Shown here one piece after another: positions 43,232 through 56,334 of a stretch of 64,000 nt of DNA. The DNA is taken from NCBI GenBank assembly GCA_964016885.1, contig OZ024742.1, positions 316,882,001-316,946,000 on the forward strand. The letters run 5' to 3'. Made by a program: the position numbers and the translations under genes. The notes under the pieces are model-generated. The model was not told the DNA's origin. It did not search any database and worked only from the letters and a program-made list of their open reading frames with translations. This DNA is from Eledone cirrhosa. Lineage: Eukaryota. Positions within the stretch are counted from its first letter, which is position 1. Each line of letters starts with the position of its first letter.

Positions 43232-45002
43232 TTAGAAACACACAGATACATGCGGACACACACATATATACATGAATGCATCCGCACCCAACTGTGAGTT
43301 AAGGGTGCCAACTTCACCGATGTTGCTCAATGAATGACTGGGACAGACCAATTCAGTTTGAACCAGACTGAACCAGTATCAGAGTTAAAAATACATTATG
43401 AAGAGAGAAGAAACATTTAGATATAATTAGTAATAAAATGTATCATACCTAAACTGTTCCTAAATTCCTCGACTACGTAGTTTCGTGGCATAAACAAAAA
43501 CAATATATCAAAGATATAGAGTCCTTGCGAGGTCTGCCGACTTATCAAGAGGATACCTCATTTTACTAGTCTGAAGAACGCGTCTACACGACGTGAGAAA
43601 GAATCCCAAAAGGCGGAGGGGGAGATAGTCACGCGATATAACGGTCGAGAAACAGAGCTATGCCTCTTATAACCACGAAGAAAATACCACGGAGGCGGAG
43701 GGGGGTATTCATATCGAGGCCGTAGAAGAGGTAGTGAAGAAGGCGAGAAGTGTGAGTAATGGAAGCTTTCCAGTTGTCCCCACACTTCAAAGATTGCTCG
43801 ACCAGAGGGAGTTATTAATATATTTAGAAACACACAGATACATGCGGACACACACATATATACATGAATGCATCCGCACCCAACTGTGAGTTAAGGGTGC
43901 CAACTTCACCGATGTTGCTCAATGAATGACTGGGACAGACCAATTCAGTTTGAACCAGACTGAACCAGTATCAGAGTTAAAAATACATTATGAAGAGAGA
44001 AGAAACATTTAGATATAATTAGTAATAAAATGTATCATACCTAAACTGTTCCTAAATTCCTCGACTACGTAGTTTCGTGGCATAAACAAAAACAATATAT
44101 CAAAGATATAGAGTCCTTGCGAGGTCTGCCGACTTATCAAGAGGATACCTCATTTTACTAGTCTCAAGAACGCGTCTACACGACGTGAGAAAGAATCCCA
44201 AAAGGCGGAGGGGGAGATAGTCACGCGATATAACGGTCGAGAAACAGAGCTAAGCCTCTTATAACCACGAAGAAAATACCACGGAGGCGGAGGGGGTATT
44301 CATATTGTTTTTGTTTATGCCACGAAACTACGTAGTCGAGGAATTTAGGAACAGTTTAGGTATGATACATTTTATTACTAATTATATCTAAATGTTTCTT
44401 CTCTCTTCATAATGTATTTTTAACTCTGATACTGGTTCAGTCTGGTTCAAACTGAATTGGTCTGTCCCAGTCATTCATTGAGCAACATCGGTGAAGTTGG
44501 CACCCTTAACTCACAGTTGGGTGCGGATGCATTCATGTATATATGTGTGTGTCCGCATGTATCTGTGTGTTTCTAAATATATTAATAACTCCCTCTGGTC
44601 GAGCAATCTTTGAAGTGTGGGGACAACTGGAAAGCTTCCATTACTCACACTTCTCGCCTTCTTCACTACCTCTTCTACGGCCTCGATATGAATACCCCCT
44701 CCGCCTCGGTGGTATTTTCTTCGTGGTTATAAGAGACTTAGCTCTGTTTCTCGACCGTTATATCGCGTGACTATCTCCCCCTCCGCCTTTTGGGATTCTT
44801 TCTCACGTCGTGTAGACGCGTTCTTGTGACTAGTAAAATGAGGTATCCTCTTGATAAGTCGGCATACCTCGCAAGGACTCTATATCTTTGATATATTGTT
44901 TTTGTTTATGCCACGAAACTACGTAGTCGAGGAATTTAGGAACAGTTTAGGTATGATACATTTTATTACTAATTATATCTAAATGTTTCTTCTCTCTTCA
45001 TA

Positions 45003-45007
<5 letters not shown>
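43224..45007. mobile_element. Family U: 592 bp tandem units followed by inverted units, between (AT)n tracts
   Basis: The sequence at 43231 repeats at 43823 and the inversion is at ~44303. HHRs at 43466-43553 (-), 44058-44145 (-) and 44846-44933 (+). Confidence 0.9.
44846..44933 (+). ncRNA. Type I hammerhead with U3-A8 core and extended helix II (family U)
   Basis: TCCTC-TTGATAA-GTCGGCATA...TATGCCAC-GAAA-CTACGTAG-TC-GAGGA. Confidence 0.8.
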
Positions 45008-45044
<37 letters not shown>

Positions 45045-45298
45045 ATACTTTGGGAGGGTCATGTTTCCAATATATATATATTTGAGATCAGAGCAAACAT
45101 CACGGACCCTCTATCTCAAAATTATTTTTGAAAAGCATTAGAAATGCGCAACCGGTAAAACTTAAAACCAAAACTGAATACTAACCAATACAATTACTAA
45201 TTCTCACTTATTCCTAATTAACTATTTTTCACTGTGAATAATTAGTCAGCATTTTCTATTCCGTTTACCAATATATATATATATATTTATGTATGTAG

Positions 45299-45485
45299 AG
45301 GCATGTGGCCTAGTGGTGTTGGACTTACAATCATAACGTCGTGGCTTCGATTCCTGGGTTGCGTGTTGTGTTCTTGAGCAAAACACTTAATTTCAGGTTG
45401 CTCCAGTATACTCAGCTGAAAATGACGCCATGAAACCAGGATAAGTACCGGTCAAATGAGCCTTCTGGCTAAAGACAGGCTTTAG
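45299..45485 (+). mobile_element. tRNA-derived CORE-type SINE
   Basis: TGGCCTAGTGG A box, TTCGATTCC B box, GTGTTCTTGAGCAAAACACTT core-like motif. Confidence 0.7.
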
Positions 45486-45531
45486 ACTTTAGATATATAT
45501 ATATCATAGTAATAATAATAATAATAATTGT

Positions 45532-45691
45532 TCACAAGGCCAGCAATTACTGGTACTTTATTTTATCGACCCCGTAAGGATGAAAGGCAAAGTTAACCTC
45601 GGCGGGATTTGAACTCAGATCGTAAAGGGACGTAAATTTTTGCGTCAAGCATGGCGTCCGACCCTCTACTGATACTGCCAATCCACCGCCC

Positions 45692-45692
<1 letters not shown>
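45532..45692 (-). mobile_element. tRNA-derived SINE (same family as 16761 and 28356) in (AAT)n
   Basis: GATGAAAGGCAAAGTTAACCTCGGCGGGATTTGAACTCAG. Confidence 0.85.
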
Positions 45693-45760
<68 letters not shown>

Positions 45761-45767
45761 GTAATGT

Positions 45768-46520
45768 TTTCTTTATTAACCACAAGGGTTTACATAAAGT
45801 AGACATTAAGGACAGTACAGGACAATACAGGACGGTACAAATGGGCATTTCTGCGTGTAAAAAACAAAAACAGAGGATGTAACAAAAAAAAAAAAACAAT
45901 GAAAAATTCACCAATAGAGGGGAGACTTCGGAGAGACATTTGTGGAGAAAGCCCAGTAAAAGGCCACAGTGGCCCTGACCACCAAGGCAAGTGCCCTCTC
46001 CCAGTTTTCCACCTTTAATTTACAGATATATACTCAGAGTAGGCCCATTCACTCAGGCCATTCTTGCTTCTCTCACCCATCTTTCAACAAAATGCTGGGA
46101 AGAGAGCACTTCCCTCTCTACTCTGATTTTCCTTTTCAAATGAAATTTGAAAAAGTCAATCAGGGCATCACCGAAGAGGTAAGTGCTCGTCTTCAGCCCT
46201 TTCAAACGTGTCCACCATACTATCTCTTTCGCCATGGCCACCAGACATATAAAAACTGCCTGCCCTTCCCGGCTAAAGGAGGAGGGCAGGGTAATCCTCA
46301 CGATGGACTCAGATGATAGCCGGATCCGTCCTACACGCAAACAGCAGGTGTTCGACATAAACCCACAAGTCAGCAATTTTCGGACACTGGACGAGTGCGT
46401 GCAGGACGGTTTCGTCGCCCTGCACGCATCTCGGACATGCCCGGGTGACGGCACTTCCATGCCTGTAGAAATTATCCTGAACTGGCAAGGCTCCTTGGTA
46501 GCACTGCCAGGCCAGGGATG
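45768..46520 (-). mobile_element. Tx1/L1-like 3' fragment (C-terminal CCHC domain and 3' UTR)
   Basis: SLAWQCYQGALPV...CPRC....ETVLHALVQC, homologous to the 56.3-56.8 kb region. Confidence 0.8.
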
Positions 46521-47024
46521 AACGTGTGTTGTAACTTCTTAACTCGGTTACTATCCTCACTAACAACGTGTATTTTATCTTCCCGTATAAATGTATGTAT
46601 ATTTAACTTATCTCCACACATATATCCTGTGAGTGCAGGATTTCGTGTCTATGTAGGAATTAAATTTGATCCCATCTAAGTAAGTTATAAACTCCTAATT
46701 TAATTATTTAAGGTATTTTAAGTCTCTCATAAATATGTTTTGAGGAATAGTATAATACTTACACTTTACATTTCTATGCATGACACCACCTACTCAAAAC
46801 TAACAAACATATAGATAGAGAGACTTATATATATGTATGTATTATATATATATTATATATGTATATATATATATTATATATATATATGTATTTACAACTG
46901 AATATATGAGAGGGATGAACACCGATACAAGTATACAAGTGTTCGAATTGCAAACCTATATCGGGCAACTGCCGTTTGATACCGGACAGATCTAAATATG
47001 TATATGTATTATATAAATATATAT

Positions 47025-47200
47025 ATGTGGGAGCCCCTACATGGACACACTAGAAGAGGAAGACCAAGGTTAACGTTATATTGATGCCCTAAGGACAGAC
47101 ACTGGTCTGTTGGAGACGCAGGACATGGCAGCGATAAAGAGGGACAGCGACCGCTGGAGAGAACTCGTCCATGGATCTCGGGAATTTTACCCGCCCTAGA
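47025..47200 (+). mobile_element. RTE-like LINE extreme 3' fragment
   Basis: WEPLHGHTRRGRP...DRWRELV, a typical RTE C-terminus. Confidence 0.6.
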
Positions 47201-47212
47201 ATATATATGTAT

Positions 47213-47248
<36 letters not shown>

Positions 47249-47354
47249 ATATATGTATTATATATATTATATATATATATGTATTATATATATAGATATA
47301 TATATACATATATATTCTAGAATATATGTATTATATATATTATATATATATATG

Positions 47355-47466
<112 letters not shown>

Positions 47467-47475
47467 TATATATAG

Positions 47476-47975
47476 AGAAACACACAGATACATGCGGACA
47501 CATACATATACATGGATATATCCACATATATCCTTGATTTAGTGGTACCAACCTCAACCGATGTTGCTCTATGAATAACTGTGACAAACCAATTCGAATG
47601 GATTATATTGATTCAGTATCAGAGCTATATAATACATTATGAAGAGAGAAGAAACATTAAATATAATTAGTAATAAGATATATCATACTTAAACTGCTTA
47701 CTTAGTCCCCGACTGCGTAGTTTCGTGGAATATTATGCAAAAACACTACATCACAGAGATATAGAATTTTTGTGCGGTCTGCCGACTTATCAAGAGGATA
47801 ACTCATTAAGGGTTTCAAAACACGTCCGTAAGATGCGAGATAGAATCCCGAAAGGCGGAGGGGGATCAGTCACGTGATACAGAGGTCAAGAAACAGAGCT
47901 AAGGGAGTTATAAACAATATATACACAAATTCTATATCTCTGTGATGTAGTGTTTTTGCATAATATGCCACGAAA
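47476..47975 (-). mobile_element. Diverged family U copy with U3-A8 HHR at 47706-47798
   Basis: Collinear with 43235-43670 but diverged. TTGATAA and GAAACTACGCAGTC are retained. Short inverted end. Confidence 0.75.
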
Positions 47976-48150
47976 TTAACCGATATAAAAGACACAGAAG
48001 CGAAAAGCGAAAACCAACCAAACAGTGAGTGAGTTCTGTTATTAATTCTGGCAATATTACACAAATATGACCCTCCCCAAGTATAACAATATTTGTTTCG
48101 ACACACGATTTCACATCAAAAACCTCGCAAAACTATATATATATATATAT

Positions 48151-49975
48151 ATTAGAAAGTGAGGTTTTTTTTACAAATTGAAAAATAACCGAGGTGTCCT
48201 ACACGAGTGAAAGTATAAAGAAAAAAAGATGAAATCGAAAATGCAACTGGAGTCTTATTTTTTTTAAAAATATATATATTTATTTGGTTCCTTTACCGGT
48301 TTCGCAGTTCTTCTGCTTTTCAAAAGTAGAGTTGAGATGGAGGGTCTGTGGTTTTTCTCACATATATATATATATAGGAAACCATATGGTCCATCTGGTT
48401 CCTTACCACAACTCCTTTGTTATAATATATTAACAATTAATTGATTAATTTAATTAGACAATTCTATTGATTCATTAATTGTTTATGTTTGTTCGATAAC
48501 TTCTAGTTGAATGCTTAATTCGGTTTGTGTAAAGGAGTTTTATTCCTTTGTTCCAAATTTTGAATTTGACCGCCAAAACCGGGGGTTAGGTAACCTTTGG
48601 GAAAACCATGTGCCTTATACCAGTGTTTACTGCTATTATTCACACCGGGGTGGACGAGAACGAAAGACTTGTTGACGAAGTAAATTCCCCTGTTCTATCT
48701 TCCAAAAACCATTAACTTGCAGACCCCTGGAAGTGGATTTTGTCGATTTCGGATTTACAGAAACCTAGCGGAGATATTATATATTATATGTGATGTATAT
48801 TATATAGTATATATTATGTGTTGTGTATGGTATCGACGCGACGGTCCAGCTTTGACATATTTTATCCTGAGTTCAGTCTTTTTCGTCGCTTTGGTCACTG
48901 CAGCCCGCCTATCGGCCGCTGTCTTCAATTTGCAAAGCTGTCTAAACGTAATGTTATAACTCTAGGGTTATATACACTATTGAGTGGTTAGCTGCACACC
49001 CAGACTGCATTCGTTAGCTTGGCTGCAACCAGAGCTTCGATAATGCTGTACTAAATTTTATTTATATATATATATATTAGAAATTGAGGTTTTTTTTACA
49101 AAATGAAAAATAACCGAGGTGTCCTACACTAGTGAAAGTATAAAGAAAAGAAGATGAAATCCAAAATGCAACTGGAGTCTTATTTGTTTTTAAAATATAT
49201 ATATTTATTTGGTTCCTTTACCGGTTTCGCAGTTCTTCTGCTTTTCAAAAGTAGAGTTGAGATGGAGGGTCTGTGGTTTTTCTCACATCTGGCTAATCTC
49301 TGAATGTTACTTGTTGTATATGGAAAAAGTGGCTCGAAATGCCAGGTTTATCGAGAAGTAATTTGATTGGTTGGTCAATAATTATAATAAATTTCGCGCC
49401 AGTTCGCGTGAATATGAACAATTCACTGAACCAGAACAATTCACCCATCCCATTTCTCTTAACCATTATCTTTTACTTATCATAAAATTCTCTAAAAAGG
49501 CTACAGAATGGATTTCCAAATAAGGGCGCGAAAATTTAATGGAAACTTGTTCACGTGACAGCCATAATTTCATTTATAACCAATCAAATTACGCTTATTT
49601 AAAAAAAAAGCCTTCGTGAGCCCCTTTTTTCAAGTAAAAAGAAATTCAAACACTCATATATGAAAAAACAACCTTTGACAACCCCCCCCCCTCTTATTTG
49701 AAGAACTATTGTAACGCGAACTGGCGCGAAATTTATTATAATTATTGACCAACCAATCAAATTACTTCTCGAAAAACCTGGCATTTCGAGACACTTTTTC
49801 CATAAAAAACAAGTAACATTCAGAGACCAACCAGATGTGAGAAAAACCACAGACCTTCCATCTCAACTTTACTTTTGAAAAGCAGAAGAACTGTGAAACC
49901 GGTAAAGGAACCAAATAAATACATATATTTAAAAGAAAAATAAGACCCCAGTTGCATTTTCGATTTCATCTTTTT

Positions 49976-49978
<3 letters not shown>
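48151..49978. mobile_element. Family V: direct copies (~48151-48362, ~49076-49410) and an inverted copy (~49715-49978), each with a U3-A8 HHR
   Basis: TACTT-TTGAAAA-GCAG(AAGAA)CTGC-GAAA-CCGG-TA-AAGGA at 48288-48329 (-), 49213-49254 (-) and 49869-49910 (+). Confidence 0.8.
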
Positions 49979-50013
<35 letters not shown>

Positions 50014-50398
50014 GACGTAAAATAAGAAAATTTTAAAAATTAAAAATTAACTTACTTACTAAAATGTTCACTCCAACTAATTAGTTTCTGTATCTTATAT
50101 ATTTGCTAGCATTAGTGTAAATCTGTGCGCATATGTTGGTAGATGTACTAATTCTCTCTCTTTCTCTCTATATATATATTTATTTATATATATATATAAA
50201 TTTTCGCTCTACATGACTGAAAACATGGCATATTAGCAGACTGGCTGATCATTAGTGTCTTCAGTTCTGATTACATGCCAAGATTACAACACAAGACCAA
50301 GAATGAGGGGCTGACATGGCTTTAAAAATGAGGCATGTTTGCATAATTGCAAACGAATCGAATGTTATTATTAATATTCGAAAAAGTCAGATTAAATT

Positions 50399-50461
<63 letters not shown>

Positions 50462-50502
50462 TTAAAACAATGAAATAAAGATTGAAGTTAGTAGGAATAT
50501 AC

Positions 50503-50648
50503 TTCACTGCTTTACGATCGTTTCTATGTGATGATAATACATCGTACGCATATTTCGTTATCGATCTATGTAAGGTTAGTTACAAAATATCAAATAAGGA
50601 ATATATTTAACTACGTGTATATCGTCAACCATTGTCAAAAGCAATGAA
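50503..50648 (-). ncRNA. Long-helix-II hammerhead with U3-A8 core, related to family L
   Basis: TTCATTGCTT-TTGACAA-(~105 nt hairpin)-GAAA-CGATCG-TA-AAGCAGTGAA, with a 10 bp helix I. Confidence 0.75.
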
Positions 50649-53600
50649 AATGTTATTCAAAATCAATAGTAAATTGAGTTCTATGACCTTATTTGGAGGT
50701 AGCTGAAGAACAAACCAATCAAATGGTGTTAAGTTAACGTCATGACCTTTTAAAAGGAATGGTTGAATGGTGTTACAAATAGAATTACAATGACGAACCT
50801 ATGAAGAAAGGGGATTGTTGTATTGATAGTGGAATGTAGATGGTGGAGTGAAGTTTAAAAAAGGATATAAAAATGATATGTTGAGTTGTGTTGTATGGGG
50901 TTTTTAGGTGAATATAAATTAAAAAAAAATAAAATATACGGAAATAACTAGGATAAATATAGATAGGTAAAGTAATGGTCATAACTATAAAGGATAGTAT
51001 ATTAAAAGATGAAAATTATAATAAGATAATAAAATACAATAACATAATAATATAATATAATGTAATATAATATAGTGCACTATGGTACATTGTATATAGT
51101 ATAGTATAGCGTATGATGCATAATAAAATATAAAATAGTAAATATTTTCAAGTGGGTCTATGTATAAGTAATCAATCCCAGATAAATGCATGTTGAAATA
51201 TAGTGTGTATGTGTATGTACATGTATGAGTGTTTACATGTATATATGTATATATATGTATGTATATATATGTATATATATGTATGTATATATATGTATAT
51301 ATATGTATGTATATATATGTATATATATGTGTGCGTGTATGTGTGTATATATATATGTATGTATCTATGTATGCGTATGTATGTTTTTAACGGAGTATCT
51401 ATGTAATTATACCTCTATCTATATATGTGAGTATATGAACTTTTGTGATATAAGAAAATTATGCGTTTTGACTATATGTCAACATGCATTTGGGTGTGTG
51501 AGTATGTATTACATTTTAACCATTTTATAAAACACTATAGTACATTAGAACCTGTAACTTTGCAGTTATCGCTCTGTATACCACTACTTGTTCCTTAGTT
51601 AATTAAAGATTAGAAATGTTTATGTTATTCAATGGATACCATTTATGAGTATGCATCTATTTAAATCAACAATATTTAGTCTTGTACACAAGATTTCCTT
51701 AAATTATTGTAAAATAACAAACAATTTATTTCACAATATTGTACATATGGTTTACAGTATTGTCAACATTCCTAGAATATTGTTAATATTTCTGGAATAT
51801 TAACAATATTTTAGGAATTAGCTTTTGTATAGCAACAATACTTACTAGTTAAGACATCGTAAGTTTATATTTATCTTCATGGTCAAATTACTCCAATACC
51901 ATTTGGTGAAAAGGCAAACCATATATTAGTTAGTATTATTGAATAGTTAAATGGAAATATTTGGGACCGTGAACTTTCGTTCATGATGTGAAGTAATTTG
52001 GTAACGCATCAATGTCTCTTTACTGCTGTCATGAATAAGCTGAACTTTATTCACGTCAACCAAATTTTGGATAACATTTAGTACATGATATCAGTTTGAA
52101 AATTAATGAGTATAATGCTAGATATATGTCTGCGTGTATCTTATTCATTAAGAAATAATATGACAGCTTTTAGATTCTAGTTCCATTGCAAACTGAGTCT
52201 GAGAAATATTTAATATACAGTTGAGATATTTCACAGGACATGATTGAAGTCAAATTTCAGAGAAGGATAGCTTCCGACAGATTGACTTTCTCATAATACA
52301 CTATATGGTAATAGAATCGTCAGTGACGAGTGACGTCCTGTTCGGTCTACAAAACCTTCATTTAGACCTATAACCTTTGCGGTTTAGGAAACCAGTAAAA
52401 TTTATCAATTATACTGAAGACAACTTAATACTAACTATAAGACACCTAAGATGAAATTAAATATTGATGTTCCATTTAAACACGAGTCATATTATTTATA
52501 TGAAACGACATATGGAGTGTAATTTCTATAGTTTTCTGAAGATTAATATTTCAAAGATGACAATAAATCAGTTGGAATAGGAAGCTGTTTCACAGACTGT
52601 ATATAAGATTGTGGGATTGAGGTCACCAACAAATATTGCTTTTGTCTTTAATTTATTGATTTTTCTGACACATGTTTGCAGTGATAGTATGGAAATTTGT
52701 TAGATGCCTCTATGTTGTCAACGAGTTATTTAAAATCGCAGTGTCAACAGTAAACCCTAAGCAATGAAGATTTATAGCTGGAAATCTACCATACAATTCT
52801 CCCCTGATAATAAATCCATTCTTTGTTTCGTAGAAAGATACGTTAGTTAATGTATAACAATTACGTAGTAAGGTACAAGTTTGTCTCAATGAATTACGCT
52901 CTAAAATGTATTAAATTAATTTCCTTATCTAATGTATGAGCCCAAAGATAAATATTAATTCAATGACGCCAATGTGTATGGTTAGCAGAAGCCAATTTCT
53001 TGTAATACTCAGACTTCTTGTATTGAAGGAGCTTTCCGAAAGGCATGGATCTCTTGACTTACCGAGATTATAGCGAAATGCTTTATTAGATTGAGTGAAG
53101 ATATTGACCTTGATAGCAAGGAATATCAATTGAGGTTTGAACAATATTACTGTGAATATTTCTTGACTTGTACACGACCACTTGTCGGAGAAAAGGATTA
53201 TGATTGCGATAATTGGCTACGAATAGAAATATTTGTGTATATAATGAAATGATCTCTGTATTTTCTTCATCCTCCCCTTAACATGTTTTCGGTTTGTGGA
53301 GGCAAATTTGTACGAACGAATTACTAAAGATCAGAAGAACACCGATATGTTTTTGTTGGATGTGGAATGAGAAAATTCATAGTTGACTGCAGTGAACGGG
53401 AAATCAAATGAATGGTACAATAACCTTGATGCAGCAAAAAAGTATATTGTCTGATTTGTGTGGCATAGATAACATTTTCTAAAATTCAATGTTTAGCTAT
53501 ATGGTTGAATTCAAATTGTTATAATACAAATTTCGAAAGGTTAATAGAAAACATTATAGAATACCTTTGAAACATTTATTATTTATGATTCCATTACTGT

Positions 53601-56025
53601 TCATAATGAACACGGGTTTTTTTCAAATAGTTGAAAAACCTGTAAGACGACCCCCATTTCATTCGCTAAGCGATATAGAGAACATGGTAGCTAAACTATC
53701 GAAATGGATAATTAAAACTGACATAATCATATAATTTGTATTGATTGCTCTAACTGGAGCGCAATAACTTAGTTTAGGATCACAACAGAAGAAATGAATA
53801 TATCGTTAATAAATCAATTTAGTCATTATATTCACAAACACTGATATATATTTTATAATTTGTAAAATAATATTTTTTTATTTATTTCGGTATCACAAAA
53901 TTGTATATTAATCTACATCAAAATTCTTGGCTTGAATAGTAAGTGTATGAAAGGACGTAGCGTTTGTCATTTCGTGCAAGATTGCTAAATTTTAGCTATT
54001 TATAATGATAAAATTGAAGATGTAAATAGCAATAATCGCAAACATGTAATTATATACATATAAATTCTAACATATTCGATTATGGGTAAACCAAACTGAA
54101 GGGACGATGCTTCATGCCAGATCAGTGTTGTTTTACTTATTCTATGGCAAAGACACTTCAACATCAAAACATAGTTCAGTGTAAGTAGGTCCTCTGTACA
54201 CGAGAATAAAACCTATTACTTAGTAGTTAATTAGAGTGTGTTATTTAGAGCTATTTCTGCTAAATGTATATTGTGACAAGCAGATCATTCTTGGCTGTTG
54301 ATAAACTATATTTCAATACTTCCAGTATTCATGTATTTCTCCTCTTCAAATCAACGGGAAAATTATACGTATTTTCTATTTCGAATGTGCCAAGATTATC
54401 AATTATAAACCTTCCAAATAGACTATATCTATATAATTAAGCGTATATAGATTAGCATTTTACCAGAAGATATCCCCTATAGTCTTAGATGAAATATTTG
54501 CTGTATGCCTAACAAATATTTCTGCTCGAAACAAACATTACATCTAATTGATTTGACACATATGTTCCTTCTACCTAAAATCGATAAAAAATACTGAATT
54601 AACATAAATTCACTACATTCACTCTTTTTAGAATGTCTAAGTATATCAATTCAGCTGATTTAAACAGCGATCAATTTCTCTCAGGCTTCTATCCCCTATA
54701 TCTATTTTTGCTTTATACATTTAATGCAGACTATAAAAGTTTGCGAGCCAGAATGTTATGGTGACTCTAAAAATCTTTATCTCACGGCCATCAACACTAC
54801 AAGCATTGCTACCACCGTCACAACTATGAATTTCATACTACACATCCATTATACTTTGTAACGGCATCTACACTATTACCGCCTGAACCAACAGCTTGGT
54901 TCCATTGATTTCCTGTCTGATCCATCTACTACGTTCATTCTTTATTACTAAACTCCATCAAGCATGCTTATATTACATAACCATTACCTTCAGTGTACAA
55001 TATTGATCTGTTGTCCTTCTCCGTCAAAATATTATAGCATTCCAAAAATAATGAAGAAGAAATACAACCAGAAGTCTAACACATGAAAGCAAAAACATAA
55101 ATTCAACTATATTCCACCATCTCGTAACTAAACCAAATCTTAAACCACTTTTTTTATTTAGCTTATCTCAACATAACATAATGAAAAGTCAAGTTTTATA
55201 TGAGAAAGCACATGTGCACGAATTATTGATTTACAAATGTAGTGCTGCAAACACTTTTTGACATCCTAAACTTTTTACTGAATGCATAAGATCTCACATA
55301 CAAAAGAAATTGAGTAAATGGTCACAAGCAAAATAATTTCAATACACAACATACAGAAACAAAAAGCCTTGTCTCTCTCCCCTACTCTACCAATTTCTCC
55401 ACCCCGCAAAACAAACAGGAACAGATGCATGATTACAGAGAAAAATAATATGCAAATATATATAATTTCTTAATTTGAAATGTGAATTATTCGCCTTCAT
55501 TTTAGAAATGAAAACGAACTATATTTAGAAAAAAAAACATATTTCAACCAATTGTTTTACAAAAAGTATTGTTCAAATAGCTAATCATATTCAACAATGA
55601 ATGTAATACATCCACAAGGGTGTTTTTTCATATACACCTAAAAGAATTATGGAAAAATAGAATGTCTTTGTTTGTAGGCTGGTATAAAGTCACATATTTA
55701 TTTTATTTATTCTTTATAATCATAAAACTAAAATGATGTTAATTCAAATGCCGATAATATTGAATTGCAAATTATAGTGGTGGTGGTATATTTCATTTGT
55801 TGTATGAGTGGAATTTACATGAAGTCATTTACAAAAAACATTAGGGATTTATGCAGAGTGGATTTTGAAAAATTAAAAAAAAACGACAAATGAGACGTCA
55901 CAATATGAGAGCCAATAAGGGCGAAACAACGATCTCGCAGGCAGGTTTAACTTGAATACAAAGAGAAAGTAAAAGGTTTTATCTGTGTTCACCGACCCAT
56001 CTAAGTTATCAAGTTTTATACACAC

Positions 56026-56080
<55 letters not shown>

Positions 56081-56334
56081 TAGATAGATTTCTTTATTTG
56101 CCACTAGGGCACAAGAGAAAGGGACAAATACACAGGGGAGAGTTTACATAAATGCGAGTAAAGAAAAAGGCATAACAATAAGAATAATATAATAATAAAA
56201 AGTCCTCAAAAGGGAGAGGGCGTGTTGGGGATTGCACATACCCCCGAAAAGTGTGCAACCCTTTCCTCTTCACTTCTTCACCTACAGAACAATGTAGAGA
56301 GAAGGCCCATTTACACGAGCCATTCTCGCTTCTT

